Of a DNA stretch of 64,000 bases, positions 62,488-64,000 are shown piece after piece. The stretch covers positions 82,336,001 to 82,400,000 of the forward strand of contig OZ024743.1 in the NCBI GenBank assembly GCA_964016885.1. The letters run 5' to 3'. Both the position numbers and the translations under genes were made by a program. The notes under the pieces are model-generated. The model searched no databases and was not told where the DNA came from. It saw only the letters and a program-made list of their open reading frames with translations. Source of the DNA: Eledone cirrhosa (taxonomy: Eukaryota). How positions within the stretch are numbered: the stretch's first letter is position 1; the number at the start of each line of letters is the position of its first letter.

Positions 62488-64000
62488 TATATATATAATG
62501 TTTGAAAATAGTCCCTCTTTTGGGAAGCCGCCACTCTGCAGATAACTATAAATATACATCGATATAGCACCAACATCATTTACTTGTTCTATCTTTATAT
62601 ACCATAATAAAGTACACCCCCCCCCCCCTCTCTCTCTCTCAATCGTTGTCTATCAATATGAATTTCTCCGATAAGTTGACTTCTCTCATCTCTCTATCTC
62701 TCCTGTTTCTCCTTCTGTCGCTCACTCTACTCTGTCTTTCCTATTAGTTTGTTGAGTTCGTTGTCGGCCGTACCTAAATACTGCAAAGCATTCTGTCCCG
62801 ACACTCTACCGATTTTCCCAGCCTACAGAAGATACTGTCAGATATCTCACATCCAACGAAATAAAATGTAGCAGGCAGGCAGTCAGGCATACGCAGGTGC
62901 CCCACCCCCATTCACCAGCCCTCGACCTTCTAATCCCTGTCCAGCTTCGCTACATACATAAATGACTCCCTTGCAAAAACTAGAAAACTATGTTGGTGGG
63001 GAACACTGAAAACAGTGTGACCTATATATACCGTCCCCTTTACTGACACAGTCACAAGCCCTACTACGTTGCTGGCCTACTACTATGAGGCCTTGAACGT
63101 CTCACAAATACCTGGATATTTCCTTCTTTTATAGCTGAGTTTATTTCAAGGGAGTTTTAGAACAGTGCAAACTTTTTAGGGAGATGACACGACCCAGTGT
63201 CTGATATTCCCTGAGTGTGAGAAGCATGTGTTATCGCTATGTTATATATTTTATGAGTGTTTTCAGTCATCATCATATTATATACGAACTAAGCAGATAA
63301 GGTTATAACAGAATGTAAACTTTCTGCTCAATATTCGATTTAGAAATACACAAGCAGGGGCCAACTGCTTTATAGAGAGTTAATAACATTGTTTTATAGT
63401 CTGTAATAACCCCTATCGTTTGTCCTCTTCATCAAATAAATGTTCGCACAAATCAAACAATCACAGCCTCTACCATCATCGTAGTCTTCTATTAAGTTGT
63501 GTATAGGAAGCTGATATCGTCTTATAGTCTTGTAAAACTATCGTCTGACAAACTCATCCTTTAGTTCATTCGTTTCCTTCACAGACAATCACATCTTCGA
63601 CTATCATCATAGCTTAGTAGGAATCTCTCGTTTATCCAATGACCCTTTAGACGGACTATCCGTACGGCTTAGTAGAAGAAACCCTGGGTATTTTTCTTCA
63701 AAGGAAGAAGCTGATAATATCATTTCATAGTCTGTGTACTTTGTAAAACTATATCGTCTGGTTCATTCATTTTCGTTATATACAAGCAGTCACACACAAC
63801 CTTGACTATTAAATATGGCTTACTAAGGAACCCTTGTGTGTGTGTGTTAGAAATACCTGTGTATTTTACCTTTATCGGAATCTAACAGAAGCGTTTCATC
63901 GTTTCTACTTTATGAAATTGTTTCTCGTCTGTTCTCATTCAATGTCCTTTATATAGAGACCGTCATAACCTCCACTAAACATTGTACCGTCTGCCTTCAA

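Overview
AT-rich, microsatellite-saturated animal genomic DNA. The SINE and MITE types look coleoid-cephalopod/Octopus-like; this is an inference from recalled repeat consensuses, not a search. No complete host gene is recognisable; there are only two phase-compatible candidate minus-strand exons (26279-26195, 16510-16186). Nearly all long ORFs in the track are microsatellite artefacts. Real coding remnants are a near full-length but disrupted RTE-clade LINE (17385-20645, APE+RT), a CRE-type RLE 3' fragment (13687-13965), a hAT relic with an 8-bp TSD (50636-51391) and a short RTE-like derivative ending in a C2H2 finger (54590-55157). The main hidden signal is that the short unique-looking islands between (TA)n tracts belong to about ten different families of Penelope-like pLTR remnants. 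Together they carry more than 20 type I hammerhead ribozyme motifs (CUGANGA...GAAA...UH with pairable stems I-III). Many have family-specific palindromic stem III, many are arranged as fold-back palindromes turning at or near the ribozyme, and several unrelated families share a 3' ATYGAGTRC motif. tRNA-derived SINEs, mariner and piggyBac-type MITEs and several minisatellites complete the window.
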